DNA of 64,000 nucleotides from Bdellovibrionales bacterium RIFOXYC1_FULL_37_79 (GTDB lineage: Bacteria > Bdellovibrionota > Bacteriovoracia > Bacteriovoracales > Bacteriovoracaceae), in assembly GCA_001770015.1 (NCBI GenBank), contig MEQB01000021.1:35064-99063 (forward strand), read 5' to 3'. The number at the start of each line of letters is the position of its first letter. Position 1 is the stretch's first letter. The notes under the pieces were generated by a model, which did no database searches, was not told the DNA's origin, and worked only from the letters and a program-made list of their open reading frames with translations. The position numbers and the translations under genes are program-made. This document shows, piece by piece, positions 10,739 through 19,811 of this stretch.

Positions 10739-11308
10739 TTAGCCTTTAACTCTTTCCACATATTCACATGTTCTTGTATCAATTTTTAAAAGCTCACCCT
10801 CTTTAACAAAAAGTGGGACATTTATTTGAAGTCCTGTTTCCATAACAGCTTTTTTATTACCGCCCGAAGCGGTATCACCCTTAAGGCCAGGATCAGTTTC
10901 TTTAACTCTAAGTACTACAAAATTGGGGAGGTCTACCGATATAGGTTTTCCTTTGTAATATAAAACTTTCAGGCGCATACCCTCTTGAAAAAAACCTTTC
11001 GTCTCAGAAACCTGATCCTCGGTAAGACAAATGGATTCGTAAGTGGCCTGATCCATAAAATGAAATCCACTATGATCGCCATACATATATTCCATTTCCA
11101 TGTCATGTAAATCTGCTTGTTCTGCACCTGTATCCACACCCGATTTGAAAGTCCGCTCAATCACCAAACCAGTTTCCAAATTTCTTAATTTGGTTTTATA
11201 AAACGCCGAGCCTTTGCCTGGATTTACAAATTGTATAAAAACAATTTCGTAAGGCTTGCCTTCTATCTCCAGTTTCAAACCCTTTTTAAATTCAGTTGTA
11301 GAAATCAT
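10739..11308 (-). CDS. efp: elongation factor P
   Basis: 189 aa. MISTTEFKKGLKLEIEGKPYEIVFIQFVNPGKGSAFYKTKLRNLETG contains the conserved PGKG loop lysine. Length is typical for EF-P. Confidence 0.95.
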   Translation of the reverse strand: MISTTEFKKGLKLEIEGKPYEIVFIQFVNPGKGSAFYKTKLRNLETGLVIERTFKSGVDTGAEQADLHDMEMEYMYGDHSGFHFMDQATYESICLTEDQVSETKGFFQEGMRLKVLYYKGKPISVDLPNFVVLRVKETDPGLKGDTASGGNKKAVMETGLQINVPLFVKEGELLKIDTRTCEYVERVKG

Positions 11309-11748
11309 TTTAAACTCTCCTTCATTTGGTACAAAATCTGAATTGCAGCAGTATATGTATCTCTTTTGAGTCCTTCAAGTACAAAATCAACTCCACTGGC
11401 GGTAATTCTAGTTTTTCTGAATTCTTCTCGAGTGTGGGTATTAGTGAGGTGAACCTCAATTTTTAAGCACTTTACAAGTTTTAAAGCATCCAATATGGCC
11501 ACAGAGCTATGGGAATACCCCCCTGGATTGATAACCAGGCCATCAATATCTAACTGGCTAACTTTTTGTAATTTATCAATAATTTCACCTTCATGATTGG
11601 ATTGATACCACTCTAAATTAACAGGAAGTCCAGTCAACTTTTTTTCAGTGATTTTTATGAGTTCATCAAGGGTTTGAGATCCATAAAGAGCAGGTTCTCT
11701 TTGACCGAGCATATTTAAATTTGGACCATTTATAATCAAAATATTCAT
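11305..11748 (-). CDS. aroQ: type II 3-dehydroquinate dehydratase
   Basis: 147 aa. MNILIINGPNLNMLGQREPALYG ... NHEGEIID ... INPGGYSHSSVAI are AroQ family hallmarks. It overlaps efp by 4 nt. Confidence 0.93.
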   Translation of the reverse strand: MNILIINGPNLNMLGQREPALYGSQTLDELIKITEKKLTGLPVNLEWYQSNHEGEIIDKLQKVSQLDIDGLVINPGGYSHSSVAILDALKLVKCLKIEVHLTNTHTREEFRKTRITASGVDFVLEGLKRDTYTAAIQILYQMKESLK

Positions 11749-11763
11749 AAATTATTATCCATA

Positions 11764-12888
11764 TTATTGACAGGCATACAGTCTGAAATTCTCAGCCCTT
11801 TCCCTTATGGCATTCAAGAATTTCGAAAACTGGGTTTCATATATGGCAATATCAACATTTTTTTTCTTTTTCAATTTCTTATCCAGACACTGCATTAAAT
11901 TATCCCGACCTTCGTTTTCTATCCTTTGATGTTGAATTACAGGGATTTTTTTAGTGATCTGCTCACTGTTTTTTTCTTTAACATTTCCAACTTGGACCAA
12001 TTTTGCCAATTGCTTGATTTTTTCCTGGGTATTTTTATTATGAGGATCCAAGACAAGCAGCTTTTGCAAAATCTCACTGGCTTTTTGGTAATAGCCTTGT
12101 TCACAATAAAGATCCACCAAAGTGTGAGTAATCATGGGAAAGTCCAGACCTTCCTCATTTTTAATTTGGTTTTCATTTTCTGTATCTAAATCCAGATTTA
12201 TTTTTATTTTTTTATTTTCTTGTGCATCTATGGTTTTTTTCCAAATTTTTGCAACATCATCAATTTGCCATGATGAAACAGTTTCTTGATTCTTTACAAT
12301 TTTTTCATTTTTTTCTTCAGAATTAGTTTTAGGCTCGACAAGATCGACTTGAATCCAATCCTCGGGAGTCGAAGAAGTATGTCCTGGCACCGGTCCTGAT
12401 TCTATACTGGAAAGATCAAAAAGTTGAAGTTGATTTTTTTTCAACACTGCTTTTCGTTCATCTATCAAAGGAGTATCTTCTTGTTCCAACTCCTTGACTC
12501 TCTCGGCAACAGATTTATCCTTTGGATTTATAAAAAGTAAATACTTGAATGTTTCCAAGGCTTCAGCAGGCCGGTTGGTTTTAACACAAACTTCTCCGAA
12601 TAATTTTTGTAATTTTATATTATCTCGGTTTTGGGCAATTAAAGGCCTGAGCGTGTTATAAGCAAGATCAAAATTGTTTTTATCAAAATAGCAATAAGCT
12701 AGCACCAGGTAGCCCATCGGATAATCAGGATGTTGTTTTATGCCTTTATTTAATATATCAAAGGCTTCTTGCAAGAGCCCCAGTTTCCGATACGATTCGG
12801 CCAATGGGGCAAAAATTCGAGAAGAAGGGTCTTTCTCATAATATTTTTGATATCGCTCAAGTAATGGTGAAGTCAAGTCTTTATTCAT
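11764..12888 (-). CDS. TPR repeat protein (374 aa) immediately downstream of pilQ
   Basis: Clear TPR units at the N-terminus (SYRKLGLLQEAFDILNKGIKQHPDYPMGYLVLAYCYFDKNNFDLAYNTL) and at the C-terminus (LVDLYCEQGYYQKASEILQKLLVLDPHN). There is no signal peptide or lipobox. Confidence 0.65.
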   Translation of the reverse strand: MNKDLTSPLLERYQKYYEKDPSSRIFAPLAESYRKLGLLQEAFDILNKGIKQHPDYPMGYLVLAYCYFDKNNFDLAYNTLRPLIAQNRDNIKLQKLFGEVCVKTNRPAEALETFKYLLFINPKDKSVAERVKELEQEDTPLIDERKAVLKKNQLQLFDLSSIESGPVPGHTSSTPEDWIQVDLVEPKTNSEEKNEKIVKNQETVSSWQIDDVAKIWKKTIDAQENKKIKINLDLDTENENQIKNEEGLDFPMITHTLVDLYCEQGYYQKASEILQKLLVLDPHNKNTQEKIKQLAKLVQVGNVKEKNSEQITKKIPVIQHQRIENEGRDNLMQCLDKKLKKKKNVDIAIYETQFSKFLNAIRERAENFRLYACQ

Positions 12889-12903
12889 ATTAATAAACGC
12901 TAC

Positions 12904-14721
12904 CTATATTTCCTTATTTCCCTCAATCAGACCGGCTTCTTCTTGATTGATTATTCTCGGGGTTAGAAAAATAATCATTTCCTTTTTATTGGTTGAAGGA
13001 TTATAGAGCGTCCTAAACAGCCACCCCACCAATGGTAAATCTTTCAAAAAAGGTATTCCACTGTGTGCTTCGTTGGTGCTAAAAGTATATACACCACCAA
13101 TGACAATGGTTGATCCATTATCAACCAACACATTGGTGGTAATTTTTCTTTTGGTGGAAGGTGGCATGGCCCCTGCAGCAGGTGCGGTACCGAAAGACCC
13201 TTTTTCTATATCAATTTGCATCACAATAGAACCTTCGTTGGTAACTTGAGGAGTGACATCCAACTTTAAATCGGCAGTAACCGCAGCCCATCCGGCAGTA
13301 GTGCCAGCATCGGTAGATACAGTTTGTTGATAAGGTCTCTCTTCAGTTTCTGTAATCGTTGCCTTCTTTTTATTTTGTGTAATAATTTTAGGACTAGAAA
13401 TAACTTTACCTTTGCTTTCTGACTCCATTAACTGCAAATTAAACTTTAATTTTTCCACCCTGCCAAAAATCCCAACATCCAGACCCAGTAATGCCCCACT
13501 TTCCACTGGAGCAGTACTGAAAGAAAATCCCGGGCCTACATTGTCAACCTTATCCATGCTTTTAATCGGATTATATGACCAATTAACCCCGTTGCGCAGC
13601 CCGATTTCCTTGGCATACCGTTCATCAATTTCAACCAGTTTTGACTCAATCAAAACCTGTGGTGTTTGAGTATCAAGGGCATCTATAATCTTAACTAGTT
13701 TTTCAATAACTTCAGCAGTGTCCTTTACGATCAACGAATTGGTTCTTTCATCTGGTGAAATTTTACCACGAGTAGGAGTAAGATATTCGTTGGTAATTTT
13801 TTGTATATCCGCCAGCTGGGCGTAACTGATTGGAAAAATTTTAGTTACCAAAGGCTCCTGGCTTTGAGCTGCAGCTTTAGCCTTGATTTTTTCAGACTCC
13901 TCTTCGGCTGCCTTGACTGCAGTGGTAATAAACAGAATCGAACCCTTTTTTCTGGCCACTAAATTATTCAAATCCATTATCAAATCCAAACTATGATCCC
14001 ATGGAACATTCGTAAGTTTTAATGTCATCGGTGCCAAAGTCTTAATTGCCGGATCCGTTATGATATTAAATCCCGAAGCATCCGCAATCATTTTGAGCAA
14101 ATCTTCGACCGGCATATCCTTTACATTAAATGAAAATCTAGAACCTATATATTTTTTCTTTCCCGAAAGAGTCAGGTTTTCTAAAATATCATTTATGGAT
14201 GCAGACTTGGGAACATGTAAATCACTCATTTCCTCTTCATCCAACTTTTCGGCACCGGCAATTTTTTGTTCATCAACCTCTCTTTTGGAAAAAACTCCAA
14301 ACCGGTTTTCCATAATCAGAAACATTTTATTATTTTGTCTTTGCAAAATCGAACGCACATTGTCTCTTAATTGAACCACCACTCGCAGATCGTTATACGC
14401 ATTGGCTTTCTTATAAGCTGATACAAACACGATGCTGCCTGAAAATTCTGAGGTATCAAATGCTCGCATGACCCTTTCGGTTGCCTCAGTATTTTTAAGT
14501 TCCAAAATAATCTGCTTGTCTTCAATGGCATGAAATTTTTTAACATCTTCCACGGTTCGATCAAATTCAAATTCCAATTTAGATAGTTCTCCATCTTGAA
14601 AGAATCGAATGCCGTTGAGCTTTTTAATTTGAGATTGATCCTCTTGCGAATAAGCCGAGGCTACCATGATAAACAATATAGAAAATACCATTCTATAAAA
14701 GTATAAAAATCCTTTCCTCAT
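12904..14721 (-). CDS. pilQ: type IV pilus secretin PilQ
   Basis: 605 aa with a signal peptide and an AMIN-like N-terminal domain (IRFFQDGELSKLEFEFDR...LRVVVQL). The secretin N-domains are followed by the C-terminal secretin core (STIVIGGVY ... GIPFLKDLPLVGWLFR). It is the last gene of pilMNOPQ. Confidence 0.92.
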   Translation of the reverse strand: MRKGFLYFYRMVFSILFIMVASAYSQEDQSQIKKLNGIRFFQDGELSKLEFEFDRTVEDVKKFHAIEDKQIILELKNTEATERVMRAFDTSEFSGSIVFVSAYKKANAYNDLRVVVQLRDNVRSILQRQNNKMFLIMENRFGVFSKREVDEQKIAGAEKLDEEEMSDLHVPKSASINDILENLTLSGKKKYIGSRFSFNVKDMPVEDLLKMIADASGFNIITDPAIKTLAPMTLKLTNVPWDHSLDLIMDLNNLVARKKGSILFITTAVKAAEEESEKIKAKAAAQSQEPLVTKIFPISYAQLADIQKITNEYLTPTRGKISPDERTNSLIVKDTAEVIEKLVKIIDALDTQTPQVLIESKLVEIDERYAKEIGLRNGVNWSYNPIKSMDKVDNVGPGFSFSTAPVESGALLGLDVGIFGRVEKLKFNLQLMESESKGKVISSPKIITQNKKKATITETEERPYQQTVSTDAGTTAGWAAVTADLKLDVTPQVTNEGSIVMQIDIEKGSFGTAPAAGAMPPSTKRKITTNVLVDNGSTIVIGGVYTFSTNEAHSGIPFLKDLPLVGWLFRTLYNPSTNKKEMIIFLTPRIINQEEAGLIEGNKEI

Positions 14722-14822
14722 AAAACCTCATCCATAAGAGTATTACATACATAGAATAATTCTATCATTATATGTTTCAAAACAAAATTTTTTTTTAACA
14801 CTTATGATTTGAAATTAACAAT

Positions 14823-15695
14823 CTATTTGGATGGATTTTCCCTGACCGGAATGATGGTTTCAATATACTCATCCTGATTATATACATTTTTAATTTTTTC
14901 AACAAAAACCACGCCTGCTGGCATAATTGCCTTTAGCTCTATATCTTTTTGCGGCCCAAACAACATACCTTCTTTTAAAACTATTCTATTATCACCGATT
15001 TTGACTGTTGCCCTTCGTTCTGGCCCAAGCAAAATGCCGGTTATTTGCATATTTTCTATATTTACCGTACTCGGATCCACATCACCTCCGATATTGGTGA
15101 TGACCCCATCTTCCACCCAATAAGGTCGGTTTTGAATCAGGTTCTTTTTTTTCGATTCCTCGATATCAGGCATTTTAAAAGGATCTCGTAAATCCACAGG
15201 GTTTTCAATATTAGTAGTAATATTTTCTAAAATTGGCAGCGTACGTTCCTTAATACCAAACTCTTTTGCTTTACTTTTTTCTAAATTTTGAGCAACGGGG
15301 GTCGGTTCCGAAGCGGGGTCCGTAAAAGGCACAAAAACTTCTGTTGTTTTAGTTGTCTCTTCTACAGTTTTGGTTTCTAGTGAATCAACCGTCTTGCTAG
15401 ATTCCTCGGTTATCTTGGTCTCAGTCGATTCAAGTGATGGTTTTGCTGATTCCTCGACAGTCTTGATATCAGTCGATTCAGGTGATGGTTTTGCTGATTC
15501 CTCGACAGTCTTGATATCAGTCGATTCAGGTGATGGTTTTGCTGATTCCTCGACAGTCTTGATATCAGTTGATTCAAGTGGCATTACTGATTCACTATCT
15601 TCTTGCCCCAAACCAACACTAGTTAGGATAAATATTATTATTAAAATCCAAAGAGGGTACATAGCTGTTATCCGTTTAAACCTTTTTCTAATCAT
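14823..15695 (-). CDS. pilP: PilP-like pilus assembly protein with a repeat-containing linker
   Basis: Sits between pilO and pilQ. N-terminal anchor helix with no lipobox cysteine, and a PilP-like C-terminal beta-domain (MQITGILLGPERRATVKIGDNRIVLKEGMLFG...IELKAIMPAGVVFVEK). The central linker consists of 16-aa repeats. Confidence 0.7.
   Translation of the reverse strand: MIRKRFKRITAMYPLWILIIIFILTSVGLGQEDSESVMPLESTDIKTVEESAKPSPESTDIKTVEESAKPSPESTDIKTVEESAKPSLESTETKITEESSKTVDSLETKTVEETTKTTEVFVPFTDPASEPTPVAQNLEKSKAKEFGIKERTLPILENITTNIENPVDLRDPFKMPDIEESKKKNLIQNRPYWVEDGVITNIGGDVDPSTVNIENMQITGILLGPERRATVKIGDNRIVLKEGMLFGPQKDIELKAIMPAGVVFVEKIKNVYNQDEYIETIIPVRENPSK
15421..15581 (-). repeat. 48-bp tandem repeat, 3 near-identical copies plus a partial copy, inside pilP
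   Basis: Units are 15421-15468, 15469-15516 and 15517-15564; units 2 and 3 are identical and unit 1 differs by 1 nt. A partial copy follows to about 15581, and degenerate copies lie at 15373-15420. The units encode ESTDIKTVEESAKPSP x3. Confidence 0.92.
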
Positions 15696-15713
15696 AATTT
15701 TAAAATACTGTTT

Positions 15714-16418
15714 TTATTCTTCCCTAGTCGCTTCTTCAATTTTTTCATCCACATTATTATTTTTTATCCTATTATTCTGCTTATTCTGCCTATTTCTTCT
15801 TTCAATAATATCAGAATATTTATTCAAAATATCCCCTACCACATCATCCGATTCTTCATATTTTGCATTATATCTGTACGACTCAATGGTTACATTGCCA
15901 TCCACTAACACATACCTGCCTTTTTGCTTGGTGGCTTTTTCCTTCAATTCAATCGCTGGAATATTAAGCAATCGTTGACCTTTAGAAATTTGCTCCAACA
16001 ATAATAAAAATTGCAAATATGTCCCGGTGGCTTTCAAATTATATCTGGTCACAAAATAAAAATCTCTTTGCTCCTCCTTGGCAGAACTGAGTTCCATACT
16101 TTGCATATTAATCTGGCTACCAATATTTTTAATTGTTTGAAGATTGGTCAGATCGTCATTTTTGGATGGCAATTTACTCTGCAGATCCTTAACTTGAAGC
16201 ATGACCAGCTTGATATTTTCGATCGCCAGATCCACATCCTTGTAATACGCTTCCAACAGTTTCAATTCCTCTTCCTTCTCCTTAACTTTGGCAACAATCT
16301 GATCCAATACATTAATCTCATTGGCTAACTCAATTTCTTTTTCTCCCCACAATTCATACCCGATGTACGCAGTGTAGGCTAAAATCAGAATATAGATATG
16401 TTTCAACAATAGCTTCAT
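15714..16418 (-). CDS. pilO: PilO-like pilus assembly protein
   Basis: Sits between pilN and pilP. It has an N-terminal TM helix followed by a coiled coil (typical PilO topology) and an extra basic, N-rich C-terminal tail (RRNRQNKQNNRIKNNN). Confidence 0.7.
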   Translation of the reverse strand: MKLLLKHIYILILAYTAYIGYELWGEKEIELANEINVLDQIVAKVKEKEEELKLLEAYYKDVDLAIENIKLVMLQVKDLQSKLPSKNDDLTNLQTIKNIGSQINMQSMELSSAKEEQRDFYFVTRYNLKATGTYLQFLLLLEQISKGQRLLNIPAIELKEKATKQKGRYVLVDGNVTIESYRYNAKYEESDDVVGDILNKYSDIIERRNRQNKQNNRIKNNNVDEKIEEATREE

Positions 16419-16424
16419 TTTATT

Positions 16425-17033
16425 CTACTCATAGCTTATTATTTTGCCTTCAGCTTCAAAATGTTCAACGTTAGTAGCCTTCCCCTTTACCGTTATTGAT
16501 TCCGTCTTCACTTCCTCATTTAAAATCTTGAAAGATCCACCAAAAAATTTTGATTCGTTGGCCCTGGCAATAAATCCTCCGATACTGTGGTAATTATAAG
16601 CAGTCCCGGAAATATTTATTTGATTATTTTGAACCCTTATAACTTTAAACCATAGATCATTACCTATATCCCGGGCTAATCTTTCTAAAATTTTCCGGGG
16701 ATTTGACTTGTTCTCCAAAATCTGACTGACATGCTGGGTTTTGGTTTTCAGTTGCTCTTTCTTCACATCAAATTCATTAAGCATATTTTTAATACGCTCA
16801 TGATTAGATATATCCTTTTTGATTTTTTTGAATTTTAATTCTTCTTGCTGGGTTTTTTCTTTAATTTTATCTATTTCTTGACCATAGTAGATATTTATCC
16901 CCTCTTGCGCTCCAAAATAAATAATAATTGACACGATTATCCCGGTCCAGCTAACGGCACGGAAATCCATTCCCATCACGATTGGAATCTTGATCTTATC
17001 CTTTTTAACACCAAGAAGATTAATTTTAATCAT
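16425..17033 (-). CDS. pilN: PilN pilus assembly protein
   Basis: The N-terminal MIKINLLG matches the conserved PilN INLL(P) motif that binds PilM. A single TM helix and a coiled coil follow. It overlaps pilM by 4 nt. Confidence 0.8.
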   Translation of the reverse strand: MIKINLLGVKKDKIKIPIVMGMDFRAVSWTGIIVSIIIYFGAQEGINIYYGQEIDKIKEKTQQEELKFKKIKKDISNHERIKNMLNEFDVKKEQLKTKTQHVSQILENKSNPRKILERLARDIGNDLWFKVIRVQNNQINISGTAYNYHSIGGFIARANESKFFGGSFKILNEEVKTESITVKGKATNVEHFEAEGKIISYE

Positions 17034-18136
17034 TCGTCTATCTTCCTCATGGCCAATCCAATCGCCGTAACACCCGTATAGGTGATCGAATCAATATCAC
17101 TTTCCGAAAACTTGCTATCATAGGTGATTTTTTCAAATGGATTAATGAACTTCACTGGTAATTTTAAAATTGACTCGAGTCCTTCAATAAGATTGGGAGT
17201 CAAGGCTCCTCCGCCAGTGACCCAGCATTCAGAAAAATCCTCATCACTCATGGCAGTTATATAAAAATCAATCGTCTTTTTTATCTCTTTGAAAAAAATC
17301 TCCAAAACATCTTCAATAACTTGAAGAACTTCTTCCGGAAGATTTCCATTTGCATCGGATTGGGTTTTGAGGCCCTCGGCTTCCAAGAAATTCAACCCCA
17401 ACTGTCTTTGAATTTCTTCAGTGATCATGGAGCCGCCGATATTGATCTCTTTGCAAAATGCCAGAATTCCTTTTTTATGAATAATAAATGATGTCTTTTG
17501 CGCACCAATATCCATTATTATTCTGGAGAAATTTGGATCTTCCATTTCTTCCAGATAAAGATGTTCAAAAACGTTGGTAATCGCAACCGCATCAACATCC
17601 ACAACTTTCACTCGCATTCCGCTATGCTCGACTAAATCCTTGTAGCGATAGATGACGTCATTTTTGGCACCGACCATCAGCACGTCCACCCCACCACCAA
17701 TATTTTCCCCGAATAAATGGTAGGAAACCGTAGAACTGTCTATGTCAAACGGAAGATATTGTTCTGCCTCCCATAATACCTGGTCTTCAATTTCCTCATC
17801 CGTCCCGCCGGCTAATTGCAGTTTTCGCACAATTGTATTAGGACCGGATATTGATATACAGGCGTTAGTGGTATCAATATTGGCCTCAATAACCGCCGAT
17901 TGCAGGGCTTCGACGATCTCATCCTCCTTTTGAATTTCATCCTCGATTAAAGCACCTTCTGAAAGTGGTACCGAGGCATATTTAACTAATTTGTAAACAC
18001 CTGGCTTGGTTTCAATTATTTCTGCCACTTTGACAGCACTTAATCCAATATCAATTCCCACCACGCTAGAAGAGCCCAGCTTTAAAGCATCTTTAATTTT
18101 ATAAACCAGATTGTTAATTATAGTTTTATCTATCAT
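17030..18136 (-). CDS. pilM: PilM, actin-like ATPase of the type IV pilus alignment complex
   Basis: 368 aa with an FtsA/actin-fold pattern (VVGIDIGLSAVKVAE ... IMDIGAQKTSFII ... VTGGGA). It is the first gene of pilMNOPQ. Confidence 0.9.
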   Translation of the reverse strand: MIDKTIINNLVYKIKDALKLGSSSVVGIDIGLSAVKVAEIIETKPGVYKLVKYASVPLSEGALIEDEIQKEDEIVEALQSAVIEANIDTTNACISISGPNTIVRKLQLAGGTDEEIEDQVLWEAEQYLPFDIDSSTVSYHLFGENIGGGVDVLMVGAKNDVIYRYKDLVEHSGMRVKVVDVDAVAITNVFEHLYLEEMEDPNFSRIIMDIGAQKTSFIIHKKGILAFCKEINIGGSMITEEIQRQLGLNFLEAEGLKTQSDANGNLPEEVLQVIEDVLEIFFKEIKKTIDFYITAMSDEDFSECWVTGGGALTPNLIEGLESILKLPVKFINPFEKITYDSKFSESDIDSITYTGVTAIGLAMRKIDE

Positions 18137-18221
18137 TCAATGACCCACAAAATGAGATTTGTACATGCATACCTCATCATTATAAGTATAACCTTTAAAA
18201 ATATTTAATATCAAGGAATTA

Positions 18222-18236
18222 ATGCACCTGGTGCAT
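18222..18236. promoter_or_regulatory. 7+1+7 inverted repeat ATGCACC-T-GGTGCAT between pilD and pilM; candidate dimeric regulator site
   Basis: Perfect arms with a single central nucleotide, so it cannot fold as an RNA hairpin. It lies just upstream of a minus-strand sigma-70-like pair: TTGATA (18214-18209), 18 nt, TATACT (18190-18185). Confidence 0.3.
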
Positions 18237-18257
18237 ATACCAAAGCATTTTGATCTG

Positions 18258-19061
18258 CTATCGACCACATGGAAAATATCGACAAAAAAAATCAGAATAG
18301 TAAATTTGAAAAATGGAAATTACAATGATAAATGGACCAAAGGGGATAGGTTCATTCTTATTTTTTTTTGCCACCAACAACCAAAGTCCACCAATAATCG
18401 CCCCTAACATACAACTTAGCGAAATATTATAGATGATCCCAATCGGCCCCAAATAAAGACCTAAACAACCATAGAGTTTTAAATCGCCTCCTCCCATGCC
18501 AATTTTTTTAGTGATGAGGTAAAACACCCAAGTTACAGAAAAAGGAACAAAAAAACCTATCAATAAACCTGATAACCAAAAGGTCCACTTATAAAACACC
18601 CATCCGTGTGATAGCAAAAGCAAAAAAAGAAGCAAATTAAGAGAGTCTGGCAAAATCTTGTGCTTTAAATCCACAATAAAATGCACAAGAAAAATACACA
18701 TGATCGTAAATAAGAAAAAATAATTAAGCAGGTAATCATAAGACAAATATTCTGGAGCCAGCCAAAGGGATATAAGGCCCGTCAAAAATTCTATCGCAGG
18801 ATATAGGTAACTGATGGATTCACCACAACCGCTGCATCTTCCGCCCAGCCTAATAAAACTTATCATTGGTATATTTTCATACCAACTGATCAACTTATTA
18901 CAATTGGGACAATTGGAGCGGGGAAAAACAATATTATAATCTCGTGGCAATCTATAAATTAAAACATTTAAAAAACTGCCTATTAAAACACCAAACGTAA
19001 AAAAAAATATTTTCAATATAATGGGTATCTGGTCAATCAAGTTCTTTTCTCTCAAAAACAA
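18258..19061 (-). CDS. pilD: prepilin peptidase / N-methyltransferase PilD (A24 family)
   Basis: Contains GSFLNVLIYRLP, the zinc-binding CPNC...CSGC pairs, and the second catalytic-Asp motif GGGDLKL. It is polytopic, and its apparent start is TTG. Confidence 0.92.
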   Translation of the reverse strand: MFLREKNLIDQIPIILKIFFFTFGVLIGSFLNVLIYRLPRDYNIVFPRSNCPNCNKLISWYENIPMISFIRLGGRCSGCGESISYLYPAIEFLTGLISLWLAPEYLSYDYLLNYFFLFTIMCIFLVHFIVDLKHKILPDSLNLLLFLLLLSHGWVFYKWTFWLSGLLIGFFVPFSVTWVFYLITKKIGMGGGDLKLYGCLGLYLGPIGIIYNISLSCMLGAIIGGLWLLVAKKNKNEPIPFGPFIIVISIFQIYYSDFFCRYFPCGR

Positions 19062-19800
19062 TAATGTTCAATATCAGCATAAAACCTATGTATAAAATTG
19101 CATAGCATAAAGAACCCATCAAATAACCAAACGGCATTGAATGATTATAAATTATATAATCTTTTAGATTTAATTTATCAAAATCTGGGATAATCCATTT
19201 GGTCAAGGTCAACAATTTAACCAAAATATATTGATCCCTAATATAGTTTATCATCAAAGTGGCTCCCAACACATGTCCTAGAATAAAAATACAAATTGTG
19301 TAAATTACCGCCATGGTGACGTTGGTAATCAGTGAGAAAAAAATAACCACTAATAAGATAATTTGAGACTCTAATAAGCTAAAAAAAAGGGCCCACCACA
19401 TTAGAGCTGAAATACTTCCCCCTAGAAAGTAAAAAAATGCCAGGATAATAATGCCAAGTAAAAATACGTTTATAAACAAAATAGAAGACATTCCTAAAAA
19501 TTTTCCCGTAAGAAAATGCCACCTTTTGATTGGTCTTGATAAAATCATATAAGCAGTACGGTTTTCAACCTCATTGGATAAAAGGGAAACCCCTATAAAA
19601 ATGGACATCCCGATAACCACTAAATACATTGATCCTATTCCAAAATCCAGGGCTATCCTTGCCTGGGCGCCGTGACTAAACTCCGAGGCAATATATGAGA
19701 TTAGAATCAAAGCAAAACCCAGCAAAATTATGTTGAGTAAAATTTTACTCTTATAAACTTCAACGAAAGTATATTTGGATACAATAAAAATATTTTTCAA
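19033..19800 (-). CDS. ABC-2 type transporter permease (positional equivalent of Myxococcus PilI)
   Basis: 255 aa with about six hydrophobic helices, directly downstream of the ABC ATPase and upstream of pilD. Confidence 0.7.
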   Translation of the reverse strand: MKNIFIVSKYTFVEVYKSKILLNIILLGFALILISYIASEFSHGAQARIALDFGIGSMYLVVIGMSIFIGVSLLSNEVENRTAYMILSRPIKRWHFLTGKFLGMSSILFINVFLLGIIILAFFYFLGGSISALMWWALFFSLLESQIILLVVIFFSLITNVTMAVIYTICIFILGHVLGATLMINYIRDQYILVKLLTLTKWIIPDFDKLNLKDYIIYNHSMPFGYLMGSLCYAILYIGFMLILNIIVFERKELD

Positions 19801-19811
19801 ACCGCAACCTC

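Noticed and set aside
15370-15978. 202-aa plus-strand ORF antisense to pilP/pilO, and many similar nested or antisense ORFs in the track (e.g. 442-654, 2702-2968, 3735-4043, 5187-5669, 10969-11160, 43319-43684, 43594-44040, 50924-51283, 56833-57078, 58330-58599)
   Set aside because: All lie inside longer ORFs that carry clear family motifs. Their translations are low-complexity or hydrophobic nonsense typical of the antisense strand of AT-rich genes. The 15370 ORF is kept open only by the tandem repeat.
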